DNA from: Marsupella aquatica
Taxonomy: Eukaryota; Plantae; Marchantiophyta
Reading direction: 5' to 3'
Assembly: GCA_973895155.1 (NCBI GenBank)
Contig: OZ316896.1
Span: 12,068,449-12,132,448 of the forward strand
Length of the DNA stretch: 64,000 bases
Part shown: piece by piece, positions 37,961 to 50,739 of the stretch
Layout of the letters: every line of letters starts with the position of its first letter
Numbering within the stretch: the stretch's first letter is position 1
The notes under the pieces: model-generated
Told to the model about the DNA's origin: nothing
What the model saw: the letters and a program-made list of their open reading frames with translations, nothing else
The model's database searches: none
Program-made: the position numbers and the translations under genes

Positions 37961-39584
37961 TGCCTGAGTGGTCTTTTTGGATTTTGGCCTCTTTTCTTGT
38001 TCCCCCTTTTGGCCTGTGGGATCATGTCTCCCGGTTCAGCACCCCCTGCTTTTTGGCAGTTTGAGATATATTTTCAATATGCCTTTTGATTTTTGGCTGA
38101 CTTTGGATCCCATTTCTACTATCTTATCCTCCAAACTGGTAGCAATTATTTACTTGCCTCCCCCAACTAATTTCATTATCAGGTTGCCCCATCATATGGT
38201 GTGCTGTTTGGATCAACTTGACTATACTAACCCGAGAGGACTGTGTGATTAGTTTGTGAACTCATGATTGGAGGTTTGTGATTTGCCTGTGCTAACATTT
38301 TCCAATAATACTTTCACCTTGGACCACTTTTTCCTATCCAACACTCCCCCAAATGCACTGGTTGACTATTGTCCACAAGCAAAAACTATCCCATTTTGGT
38401 CCCCCTCCCACCACATTACAGTCAGAGGGGGTTAGCTTGGACAAACTATGAGCCTCCACGGGTTGCCGGACCAATTACGTGATGTCTCTGACTAAGATTC
38501 CATGTGGTGTCCTAGAATTGACAGAATGTTTTTCAAATGTAGTTTTTTGGAGTTTCAAAATATGGACTCTTAGAGAGATGGCCAGGCAGTCATACTGTGA
38601 GAAAGAAAGACTGAGCAGAATTACATATTCACAAATCCCCAGGCTGATTATGATAGTGCAAGGTTACACATGAATTAAAAATCTCTACAAATATACAAGG
38701 TAAAAACATATGAGGGTGCTCAAGGGTCAGTGGCTGTCCCTTCAACTGGGTTAACTCTCAATGGTCCCTTCAAGCTAATGCCACTAGCCAGCTCCCACTA
38801 TGGGCTGTCCTGCATGTAGCTGACCCTCAATTTTCTGGCCTTGAAAACTCACTCAGTCAATTGCTGGAAAAAATTAAGTGACTTTGCAATGGATCACAGA
38901 AATAATCTAATGGTACGGCTAAGTGTAAGCTCACATTTGAGGGAGCAGAACCAGAGAACTACTGTAGTAAAATTTTGCCCCAGAAAGCTTTCAAAGCCTA
39001 AAAGCTGGTGTCAGCAAAGCATTTCTCCAGATGAAAAACCAGGCCTTATAAAAGTACCATACTATGGGAATGAACTGGTTGTACAACCCTGACACAAGCA
39101 TTTAATGTTTTTGTCAAGTGACAAAATGAATGGACAGTTAGCCTGGACTTGGCAAAGATCCAGCCATCTTATGTTTCCAAAGGCAAAAGGGCCAAAAAAC
39201 TCATGACTGTCTCAAGTTGTATAAACTGTGTAACTGTGTAAGAAAGTCTTTATGCTGCTGATCTGTTCATGTCATAAATGCATTGTGCAGCCTTTCTAAA
39301 GCCTGTTTTGTGTCTGTACTAACAATATGGTGCGACTGGACTACAGCACCTAAATGTGTTTTTCATTTTGTTTCTCAAATGTTGGGACTGCAAGGCTGGA
39401 GTGTGGGCTGAAACATTTATGAACTTTACCCTTGGATCGATCTCCACAATAATGCAATCAGGCTTGCCTCAAGAGGGGGGTTGAGGCATAAGATTCTCGC
39501 TCTATCATGTAATGCCATGAGTTAAGTTGAGGGCAGCATAGAAAGTGCTGCCTACATGCAGCCTTCTGGAGGCCCCATATAGAG

Positions 39585-39750
39585 CCACTAGCCATGACAA
39601 AAACATGGTTACACATATTTCACCATTTTTAGTACTTTTTCTTGAAATTGTGGAACAAAGTCTCACAGTAGACAAGAGAATGTGAAAAAAGAGAATGTGA
39701 AAAAGTGAAAAGTATGGGACACTTCTCCTTTTGTATGACCAGTGGTCGTT
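39585..39750. mobile_element. Second, inverted copy of the 4483-4624 MITE
   Basis: ccactagcca.gacaaaaa..tggttacac...ccatttttagta.ttttt...aaattgtggaa is the reverse complement of ~4558-4620. It ends tgaccagtggtcgt-ttaa. Confidence 0.7.
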
Positions 39751-40699
39751 TAAAACAAAAACGGGCCCCCTTAAAGCAAATAGCTGCACTAATTGATAAT
39801 GGCATCAGGGAACAATAATAGCGCTTAGGGAGAGACCAGGTATACGACTCACGCTGGAGATGCACAAGGGGTCAACCAACCACTACATGCGAATCTTCTA
39901 AAAAATAAGTACAAACTTATCCCGTCATCAATCAGACCAATTGTCAAAGACTGTGAGTGATGACTGTCGATGATCGTCACGAACCAATCACCCATAATCC
40001 AAATTGACTACATTGCGAAAATATGATTTGGGTCACCAATGTATATTATCATTGTCAATCTTACATAGTATTGCTTTTTTGTTAGTGTTGACCAATGTTC
40101 TGTGGTCCCGGTCTGATAGAGATGGTGATCGTTGATGAATTGATATCGAGGGAACCGTAGACATCGGGTAGACTCTCGGGTAGAAAAGTTGACGAGAATG
40201 ATGATGAAACTGTCGCGCATGACCTCAGTGATGATCGATTGTCGGTAATAGCATTCTGAGGTTGAAGGGGGTTAGCTAGGAAATCGACTCGTGAGCAGAG
40301 GACAATTATTTAGTAAGTGCTCTCAATCCAGCAACAAGGATCCCTCTGATAATGCAAACTAGCTGATAGTTTGGGCTGATGGATCCATCAGCCGAGACGT
40401 CTAAGTCCCACAAACCAGCAGCTACTACAGTGCTCAAACTATCGATAAAATTCTATGGAGACAGCAATGCAACTATTGGATAAATCAGTACAAATGAGTA
40501 GTCATCCTCTTCCCGTACAATAAAATTACAATACAACTTTGACTCGCTCCTCACAATGTTTTTCGCCCACTCAGTTAACACAGAAGCTGAGCACTAAACC
40601 GTTCGAATTCAGCAGCTCCTGTACCTGTCGGCCACGACTCGATCTGGACGGCAAGCGTGGGGCTAATTCAATTGGATAGTCTGTGACCACGAGTATAAA

Positions 40700-43660
40700 G
40701 TGATTTGCATTGACACTACAGTATATTCTACTCGTGAGGTAGTCAGTGATTTCAAATTGTTAAGGTTGAAGTGTAGAGTTCTTTCGTTCGTCCTCTGAGC
40801 TCCCCAGTTCCGCTCGTTCCGTTGAGCATGCATGATGGACACGGGCAACACGTTGGGCGAAGTAAAAAACGTCTTGTTATACGCTACAAATGCAGCCAAA
40901 CCTTTCGCTGAAACTGCATAATCACCTATGCAATCAAAATCCCAGCATGAGACAAAAGCCAGCAACACATTTGAGCCGGCGACATTTGAGGTACTATTTT
41001 GAGTCAAAAATCATTGAAACCTTTTAATTCGAGGATCGTATTCAAGAGAAAAGCCGCCTTCTTAATTTGAGTGCACAGAGTCGGGACTTGCAATAATTAT
41101 GTCTGAGTGCACTTTATGATAGTGGGATTTAGAAGCTGTAGAGATAGAGCAGTCACCCACACGTGCACGCAGCGCGCGTCTGTTTTTGTCATACTGGATG
41201 TGGCTTGAGCTCTACAATCAAATGCATGTCTCCTACAGCTGGCGTAATCATATTTTCTTTGCCGTTTCGTGGGAATTGTGACCCCAAAGCCTACCCTGTT
41301 TGTCGAGAATGTAACTGGGTGAATGCTGCCACTCCGTTAAATCAAATCAAACTACCAGCTGTGAAGTAGTTGGATCGAGGAGTCATTGGAAACCTGTTAA
41401 TATATAAGGTCTTTAAGCTTTTGTCCCTCATACTCTTCTCGAATTTTCTCTCAATTACTACGGCAGCTTGGATGAATTTGAACATTGCGACTAGCTGCCT
41501 TACAGGAACGTAACCTTGCCTCAATATGATCCTGTTTACCTGTACTTCCATGACTATAGGGGTCAGGTGTTATTATGTTCTATTTCAACTCGTAGTAATG
41601 GGAAACGGTTTCCAAGCAGAAGAATGAAAAAACCATATACATGAGCGTTCACACACTAACTCTCCGCAACTTCCTATCATAAAGTGGCCATACCTTGGGT
41701 ACTTCCCCACCTTTAAGTAGGTTCAATTGCAGCTCCACATACAGTCAGGGCAAAAATCTATTTAGCATGTACTGTAGGTAACTTGGCAACTCGAACGGTC
41801 AGAGAGCGAGACAGATTGGTCTTGTGATAGTGAATACCACATAGAGCCCTAGCTTGCATCACACTCAAGAACGGGGCTTTAAACAGATCACTCATGAAAA
41901 GCTATGGCACGTACACTGCAAAGAGAGGTCAAGATCGATATCCATTAATGTGATACAAATTAGGTACATAGCCAGAACTTCAGCTCCGCTGTCTTAATTA
42001 CTACAGAAGAGCTGACTCTGAAGCTTCTCCAGTCCTTGCCGGTTTTCAACGCACTACCTCCAGTTACTTCGCCACCGTCCATGGGTTCAGGAATTGTAGC
42101 GGCCTAGCTAGCTTGCTGCTCGCGAAGAATGGGGGCTATGGGGACAAAGTGCTTCTTAGAAATTGAGGAAAGTTATTACACATTTACAGCCGATTTGATG
42201 GTGACTCCGAGGGTTACTGAAATCATCAATTTTAGCTATAGTTCTGCGCGCGGACGTCGTGTCTGGCTAAGTTAATTGTCACGGGAAGCAACCTTGAAAC
42301 CCTGTCATTCAAATCAGCTTCTCAGAGAAATTTCCATGTTGAGAACTGTAACTGAGTGAAATTCCGTTATTCAAATTAGCTTCTCCAAGAAATTTCCTGG
42401 TTGAGAATTGTAATTGAGTGCAGCTGTAACCTTCGATCAACATGGTACTGCAGTTTTGCGACTGCTACACGACGTTCAGAAATATTAATTGAAAGGGGAT
42501 CTAGAAGCGTGTATGGGGTCAACTTTAAGATGATTGATTTCAAATGTCACTTTCACAAGTATATATGCTCCACCTTCGTAGCTCCAAAACGTGCACTCTG
42601 ATTGCACTGTGCGAAACTCATCTTCCGGGTGGGGTGACCGATGGAATGGAGGGGCATGTTGGCAGAAATTACAGCCTAGTACTCCCGAGACTGTTTCGCA
42701 TCAAATTTTGAGACTAGGCCTGCACTAGGCTAGGCTGGCTGGGGACTATCAGAATTGGAACTGGGATGATGTTAGAATGACGATCTATTGCGGACTGACG
42801 AGAGGATTACGGTAGCCCGCCTCTACATATGCATGCAAAATTGTTGGTAGCGAGCTCGTGTTCCGTGGGTCGTGGAATGCCTCTATGTAATATGCATGCA
42901 AAATTGTTGGTAGCGAGCTCGTGTTCCGTGGGTCAGGATTCCACGATTGGAACTGGGATGATGTCCGGTGATGTATTGCGGACTTGACCTGATTGCCGCA
43001 AAGCGACATTAGAAGGGAGACCCCTTAGCGCAGCAAGGTGGAACCCATTTTGTCGCCGTTGGCGACCTTTTACTCTTCAGTTGCCTTAATTTGACTTCAC
43101 TTGACTTGCTGTAACCGTCCAAAATTAGTACAGGTATATCCCTTTTTATTTGTTTTCCTCGAAGGAGTGGTTGTTTTCCAAGACTGGACATTGTTTTTTT
43201 CCCCCTTCTCCTCACACTTCTTTGAAAGCTGTCACGATTTCAAATCAGAGTTGCTTTTCTTAGGCTGAGTACATGCCAGACAACTCCAAGAGCCTTATTC
43301 TATTTGCATGCGAAATCGACCTTCCAAAACATTTACTCTTGGGATATATCGCCCAAAGATCCCAGACATTTGAAGATGTAGATCCTCCTCGAGGTCCATT
43401 TCCAACGTCTTGCGGGTTTTGCGACTTGGGAGCCACTGCACATATATGATATGGAATAAGTCTCTGTCGACATGGAATAGAATAAGCCTCAAAGTGCAAG
43501 ATTACTTGGCCATTCTTTTGGCAGGGAATGGAACACACGACCCTTACGTGTGTCACACTAGACGTTAAATGATCGCTCCTTCACAAGGTTGAAGATATAT
43601 GCTAGGAGATATGTTACCGATACACACTCACAAAAGATTTTTGGACCAAGGTCGAGGGGT
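40700..43660 (-). pseudogene. Decayed multi-repeat MYB-like gene, copy 1
   Basis: Frameshifted minus-strand motifs in order: PRPWSK + GTGAGT donor (43626-43658), QKN(W)QVILHFE..CRQR (43461-43520), cag/W..QNP..GKWT-EEDLHL..GIFG..VLEGR (43318-43440), GSWSCLA..P..SNSDLKS (43236-43294). These are followed by a long stop-riddled Ser-rich tail homologous to 57.7-60.0 kb. Confidence 0.55.
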
Positions 43661-45059
43661 GTGTTTCTCGTGTCTATCGCCCACCAAGAAGATTCCTTAC
43701 CATCGTCAATTCCCTTTGCAGAAAACCTCGCGATGCTGTGTCGCTCAGCAGTTGGTCGTTGGACGAAACTGTCTCCTGCTGAGTGAAGAGGAGGATTGCA
43801 TGTCTGATGCGATTTGTCGGGGTCATAAAACTACGCATCACTCCGAACAAAAGTTTTGTTCTTCTTTGAACTGGTCGCTCATGCAATCATCTATGATCTA
43901 TCTGAACACACAACGTTCACCGTGATGGCTTTGAAGAAGCATGGAGGATGATCCGTTTAACATGGTAAGAACGAGTGAGCGATGCACTGCGCTTGTCTCG
44001 GATTGGATCGATCAGTCTGCAGCTTGTGTCTTGAAGGCCTGCGAGTTCCTTTAAGAAATGTATATCAAAAGTACTCAGCCACTGTACGTAGAATTACGCT
44101 TCCAATTGAGTAAATGCTATAATTATTCCTATGAGAAAATCTGAACGAAAGGAGTTCTCATTGGCACCCTTCTCATGATTATGACATGACGTGCAAAAAC
44201 GAGAGTACACGAGCTTGAAGTTTTCGGAATATATACACAAAGTAAGTTAACAAGCACAGATTGAAACAGATAAGTTGGGTTTTCTCCTGACGCCGGTGGA
44301 TAGGACTTTGAACTATTCACAATGGAACTATATCATGCATTGACGTATGTTGCCGTCGACAAGTTATCGACATATCATGAACTGGATTGGCCGGCCAGCC
44401 CTTCGAGCCCTTAAAAAGTTTCAAGCCAAGAATATATGTACGTAGTTTCGATGTTCCTTCCCGGAGCCCTCGTGCAACATTGGCGATCATATATATATAT
44501 ATATATATACCCTCTCCAGTTGCTGTCGAAATTATTTCTAAGGACGGTTTAGACTTAACAAATAAATTATCACCTCAGAAGCATTTCGGATAGTTACCGT
44601 AAGTTTGTGAGAAACTTTGGACCTGAAATCAACCGCGAAAAGTTCTGCCGGCCAGTTTCAATCGTCCATATATGAACTAGAGACTCAGGGGTGACTGGAC
44701 GTCGTGGTGGGAAGGCGTAAATTATTTCTCATGATCATGATCTCAGGTCACTTGAGTACTTGCCTCCCAGAGACCGTCCAGCTAGGACATGGAGTTATCT
44801 TTCAGACTTCTAAGACTTAGTGAAGAACCTCTTGACTAATGAAGCTCTGGTTTCTGCAGTGATCAGATTGAACCGAAGTAATTAACGAAGATGTCGAAAG
44901 TGCTTCGACGAGAGTACTCGATTAACCTCTAAGTACGACCCGCTTCTACGTACCGAAGTAGCTAACTCGATCGGACATATATATGTATGCTTGCCATGAT
45001 GAATGGCTTGATGGTAAGGTTGAAAAGAAGTGCCCGCTTCGCATCAGGAAAAAGAGCGC

Positions 45060-45265
45060 GTGAGCAGCTTTCTTATCGTCTTGAACGACTCCGTGTTTCA
45101 GGATAGTAATTGCGACAATCTGCTGATTATCTTCGAAGGATTCGTAAACCTAAGCGTCGAAGTGAGCAGCTTCCTTATCGTCTTGAACGACTCTGTGTTT
45201 CAGGATGGTAATTACTACAATCTGCTGATTATCTTCGAAGGATTCGTAAACCTAAGCGTCGAAGT
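45060..45265. repeat. 102-bp tandem duplication just downstream of the BAHD stop codon
   Basis: gtgagcagctt.cttatcgtcttgaacgactc...cctaagcgtcgaa occurs twice with few mismatches. Confidence 0.9.
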
Positions 45266-45312
45266 GCACTGTTGTCGATATGTCTCTGGGGATAGTCAGA
45301 GCTTGTACCCAT

Positions 45313-46845
45313 TCAGACCTGTGAGAGGAAGACTTTGACCGCGCTAGCAGAGCTGCTGCCGAAGTTCTGGACTGGATTCAAGAATCCGGTACCATTTTCC
45401 ACCCTTTCACTGCAGGAGACGTTCTCAAGTGCTTTCAAGAATTCGGAATCCTTTTCCACCCTTTTCAATCGATCGCCGTGGAGGTTAATAATGGCCACCA
45501 TATGTCCGGGCCCTTCCGGGCTTGGCATCATTGCTAAACCATCTATCAGCGGTCGAGGTCCGGAATTCCTCGCCGCGAAGCTGGGATTCCCCCATCCGAA
45601 ATCCATCTGGTACAGCGGGAACGATGTCCAGAATGTGGCGGCCACATCGTGGCCCATGGAGTTGACGTGTTCGGACTTGGAGTGCCCGCTCCCCTGTTCT
45701 TCCACCCAGTCGATGAGAGATCGGAAGTACTCGTCAGAGACATTCCTCGTGGCCTTCCTGATCAGGTCGGCAGCATACGAGACGGGTTTCTTCATGATGT
45801 CATCTTCTTTGGCCTCCGCGCAAGCACTGCACACGACATTGCCAAAGTATCCCGGAGACAGTTTGAGTCTCTTCCTCCCGTCCACGAACATGAAAAATCT
45901 AGTTTTCTGCATGCGCTGGACCTGTTCATCATCTACTGTGGTATCCGTATCCATCCGTGCTTTGGTAGTAACCTTCCACAGATGTCCGGAGATAGCTTCT
46001 GCTGAGGTGTACGCACAGTCCTCTGTCCTGGCCTGTGCCTTCTGAGCTTGCACTTCTTGCTGGGTGATAGGAAACAATTTGAGGATCGGCGGCTCCTTCG
46101 GAAGGAGCTTCGAATCTGTCAGGCACAAGTCTTGAACACTTCGGGTGCTGTAACCATTGATGAGAGAGGAATTGGGCGGATTCCTTGGCCTGAGTTGGTC
46201 CCTGTTGTGGTCAGGCTTCAGTGACAGAGGTTTGCTCATGGCTACTTCGCTCCATGATTTCATGAAGTGACAACCGGCCGATCCGTCTGCCACCGTGTGA
46301 TGCCAGTTGACAGCAATGGCGATGCTGCCGCACTTCTTGAATTGCGTCACCTGGATGACCAGCGCCGGCATTGGCCTGAGCTGGTCTGGAATGTAGAGGG
46401 GCCCGGGGCCCAGCCTCGCTGCTTCCAAGCCCGATAGAGCGGGCATCGGCTGAGCTCCCCCCACCTGGTCAAGCGTGGCGTCCACCACAGCCTCTATAAA
46501 CATAGCGCCCTGATCACTATCCTTACAATGCAGGTCGACCAAGCCGTCGTCTCGCAGGGCTAGCCGTCCAGCCAACGGGAAGAAATCCACCAACACATTC
46601 GCCAGAGATTCCCTCAGACTCTGCACGATCTCCTCGAAGGTCCTGTTGCTTCTCACGATCGCACACTTGTAGAAAAGAATAGCGCTGCTGAATGTGGGAT
46701 TCACTACTCGATCTAAGTTGCTGAGACGCAGCCACTGCTCCGGTGTTGGCTTCGCAGGCTCCACGAGCGTCCTCGCTGTGGGCTTCACCTTCACACCTCC
46801 AACCACAAGCGAGTCGGCCCATGACCGAGCTCCTGAGTGTGCCAT
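45313..46845 (-). CDS. BAHD-family acyltransferase (HCT/transferase-like), intronless, 510 aa
   Basis: Single ORF with LSNLD, L...L..FFPLAGRL, QVTQF..CG, catalytic HxxxD (HHTVADG), GYFGN and DFGWG motifs. Confidence 0.93.
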   Translation of the reverse strand: MAHSGARSWADSLVVGGVKVKPTARTLVEPAKPTPEQWLRLSNLDRVVNPTFSSAILFYKCAIVRSNRTFEEIVQSLRESLANVLVDFFPLAGRLALRDDGLVDLHCKDSDQGAMFIEAVVDATLDQVGGAQPMPALSGLEAARLGPGPLYIPDQLRPMPALVIQVTQFKKCGSIAIAVNWHHTVADGSAGCHFMKSWSEVAMSKPLSLKPDHNRDQLRPRNPPNSSLINGYSTRSVQDLCLTDSKLLPKEPPILKLFPITQQEVQAQKAQARTEDCAYTSAEAISGHLWKVTTKARMDTDTTVDDEQVQRMQKTRFFMFVDGRKRLKLSPGYFGNVVCSACAEAKEDDIMKKPVSYAADLIRKATRNVSDEYFRSLIDWVEEQGSGHSKSEHVNSMGHDVAATFWTSFPLYQMDFGWGNPSFAARNSGPRPLIDGLAMMPSPEGPGHMVAIINLHGDRLKRVEKDSEFLKALENVSCSERVENGTGFLNPVQNFGSSSASAVKVFLSQV

Positions 46846-48249
46846 TGCAAGTTAGTTCCGAGCCTTCCCTTCAATTCACAACCTGTACATAAAAAATGAG
46901 CCGCCACACCTATTCACAGACTGATCGATGGATCCGATTAGAGCAAAACCGACACAAAACTTGCTTTCCCCAATTCTCTTTGACAATAACATCGATTCAA
47001 AGCTTGAGCACAATATTGTCGATCACAGTGCGATCCTTCGCTAGAGCTGTCATATTCCGATCTAATCGATCATTTCCCAGCCAAGCTTAGAATTCATCCC
47101 CATTGCAGCACAGACAATCCACAGGCTGCGTTTCCTTCCTTCCCGGACCGGGGCTTAGTTTAGAAATTCCGCGAACCGGAATTGGATTTGGAAAACCAGA
47201 ATGCGTGGCTTCGGTTTTATACAAGACGCGTGAAGAAGGCGTAAGAGAGCAAAATGTTTTTTTGAGGCAGAGTAAAAGGCCCTGCAAAAGGTTTCCTATT
47301 TTGTCGCATTGCTCCCCTGCTCGAGCTATCTGTCCCCACGGCCAGGCTCAACATTCACCGACACGTGTGCAGATGTGTTAAAATATGATAAAGTGATGCT
47401 ATTTCAGGCATTTATTCGGAAATGGTAGCTCTGATCATCTGATGGACACAAAAACATGGGCCCAAAACTTTTGACAAGGTCTACTCTCATAGACACAGGG
47501 ACTTTATGGGGTCATATTCAGAAAAACAAAAAGTTCCAATATATCTGGAGTATCTTCTTTAGGGTAGATGAAAAAAATGAATGGACAACATGTTCTGGGG
47601 GGCATATTGGGCCCATCACCCTACTGTTCAACCAAAGGTCAGCCAATCACATTGCCAAAGAACAAAAAACATGCGAATGGGCAGGGGAGAGCTCTCTCAG
47701 ACCGGCGCTTCAATGCTCCAGACCCATTTCGAGACGGGCTCCAGCAGCAGCCCTAGCAAAGCAGACCATCGCACCTGCATGAGAGCCATCCACAGAGTCT
47801 CCACTCTCGACAGCTTTAGATGTCATGACTTCTCCTGCACAATGCTCTTTCCAGTTGCTATTGCTATCTGGTAAAATCTGGGCAGGCATGGCCCCTCATA
47901 GTAAGACGCTGCCCTAAACTGCTTATTAACCATTCTGCCAGAAAACAGAGCAGATTAGGGCACCACCCGTTGCTAAGTAAGATGAGCGGCCTATGCCTGC
48001 CCAGATTTGACCAGATGGATGGGAATGCTCTAAGAGGTTATATACACACTGACCACTGTCACCCAACCCCTTCAATTGAAGGAGAACGGATCATGGACAT
48101 AATATCAGAAAAAATCCCTAACTTAGAGAATACATGAAAAGTCTAGGTTTTGCAATTTCATGCCTGTTCAGGGATTAAGGCCAATGTTTCTGTTCACCTG
48201 AGTTTTCACTTCTTTCTACTAGAAACACACTGACCAACTAACCCAGAAG

Positions 48250-48720
48250 TGTCACACTTCTTATTTTGCCAGTGACCAAAAACATGTTTAAGAAAATATT
48301 TGATCAGATACCTACTCCACATTCAAACTCGATTCCAAAAGAAAAGTGCATTTGTGTGCAAGGTTTTTTGACTGACACAAGTGGCACAAATAGAATGAAT
48401 ATAGGTAAGAGTTGATACAACATATCCCACTTTGAATTCACCTATACTTAGTGGCTTCTTCTCCTTGAAGTGAGAGACACCAAGACAACCCCAAATAAAT
48501 TGGCTTACTCTGTTCCTCCAATTTATGGACATTATATTGTTCCATACTATGGGAAATACAAATCTTGCCAAAGAAACAGCTATAATGGCTTTCATGATCC
48601 CTCCTCAGCTTTGCACCTTGTATGCTCTTCTTCTTTCAATTGGACAATTTCAGGACAAATTTCCTGTTACTTTTTGTTAATATTTTACTGTTAAGATACT
48701 TTCGGAGAGAGAACATCATT
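48250..48720 (-). mobile_element. Degenerate L1-type LINE relic
   Basis: Minus ORF 48323-48595 has F.WG.LG...KPLSIG..V..VVSTLTYIHSI...FFWN, resembling the post-RT region of plant LINE ORF2. Confidence 0.45.
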
Positions 48721-50739
48721 TATAAAGGGAGAGGGAGAAACAGAGCTCAACAAGTGTTCAGTCCCCAGTTTTTACAACACCTGTGTCCTTTTACATGTAA
48801 AGCATAACACAAGCTGACAAAAACAGAGCATCTACACAAAACGATAACTCTTATACCTCAAACCTAAAACCGGTGAAAGGATAAAGACGCGTAATTTTTA
48901 CAAGTTTCCCTAAGCCAATTTCTCACCTGGTCACTATATTTAAAACTGCCAAAAAACAGGGAAGGGAACAAGACCCTTTCACAAGTTTCCCTAACAGTTT
49001 ACCACCTGGCCATTATGTTTAAACCTGCCAAAAAAACAGCGAAGGGAACATGACCCTTTCACAAGTTTCTCTAGCCATGCAGTGTCCCATTAGCTAGAAT
49101 TCAAAGTATTTCTTCAATATGATAAATGTCTAATGGTCATACATTATAAATTAATCTAGTGTGTGAACTAATATAGGGAATATTGTTGGCATCTTCATCT
49201 TCACACCAGGTGACATAATTTCGTCATTCTGGCTAAAGCACAACGACTGATGTGGGCCCTTCAGGCCTTCCCTCCCCTAGTCCCCTCCTTCCCTGCCCCA
49301 GATGGATTCCCTTGGCTCATTGGCTCATTCAATGCTGCCTCGTGGAGAGCAAATGAGTAAGCCAGCGAAAGGCCGTCGCGAGCCAGGCACGAGAGGAATC
49401 GATTAAATGACAAGGAGGGTGTGGATATGAAAAACACACCCGACAATCCTGGATCATCCTCTCTGTATGGCCTTTCTGCCTGTAAAGCAAATTGATTTCC
49501 AAAGCCATGAAAGGCGACAGCGCAAGCAACATGTTGATTTCCAAGGCCAGGAAAGACGAAGCCCGAAGGTACAATGAGGTGAATTAAATTCCAAGGTGAA
49601 AAACGACAGCAGTTGTAATGATGTGAGTCACATTTGAAGAGTTCTCATCAGACGCTGTTGAATTGCCAGGCCAAAGCAAGTACAGTGGTGTGAGCAAGTG
49701 CTATGCCACAGCAGTGCAGTAGGCAAGTACAGCTGAGGCTTATATTTTATATTTTCAGGAAGATCATGTGCCTCGTCCTCTCCTTGCATGCCTCGCAACT
49801 TAACCCAAGCCCAGCGCAGCCAACACGGGCGCTGATAGAATCGAGGCGCAGGCCCAGATGCGAGGCCTTTTCCGGTTGCTGATTGAGTCCCGATTCCATC
49901 GAGAAGAGGGCTGGACTCGTTCAATCGTCTCTAGCTCTCTTTCAAAGCCAATCGAAGTCAAGCAAAGCCATACCGAGCCAGCCCAATTCAAGAGTCAAGG
50001 CGACTCCACTAGTGTAAATTGTCTTCATTGCCGTTTGCACAAGCTAGAATTGTCAATGAGCAGGTGAAGCAGGAGGACTCCGTCTCCCTTGTCGAATTTC
50101 TCTACAGTAAGTTGTATTATTGTTGTGAGATATGTCTGAGAGGGTGCATGCGCTGGGGCCATTGGAGTAAACTGGCCCGAGGAACGTTTCTCAGATTCAG
50201 TGTCATTTATTCATTTGTTGCTTGCTTTTCCGGTGTTTTCGTTTGTTTTATATTTTTTTACGACTAAGCATTGTGACTTATATTGACTTCCGAAGAAAAC
50301 AAGGAAGAAAAAGAGGAAAGAACCTAAAACTGATTACCATACTTTTAGGACAAGTAACCCCCCCATTGAACGAGCTGACCCTTTCAAGCTCGTAATTAGG
50401 GGGGTCTGAAAAGCTTTATGGTGGAGTGGTGGGTTTCTCAGATTCAGTGCCCAAATGGCCATAGCTTTCTCACAGGGTTATGTCAAAGCTCTTCGTTTTT
50501 TGACTAGCCTCTAGAGTGACTTGTAGGTGGTCATGGCATGTGACCAATCTTTATGGTTATGGATCATGAATTGATAGTCCATAACTTTCGCTATCCGTAA
50601 CCTTAATTACTAAGTTGACGAGTTAAGATCCATCAAATTTTGAGGTTGTCAAGCCCGCATTGGTTTCTGTGAGATTGCTAAAGTTGTGCTATGAATGCAA
50701 GAAAAACACTTTTTTAAATCATTGTAGATCTTTGTCGTA

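Noticed and set aside
45335-46045. 236-aa plus-strand ORF (and the 186-aa ORF at 35344-35904)
   Set aside because: Antisense shadows of the BAHD genes.
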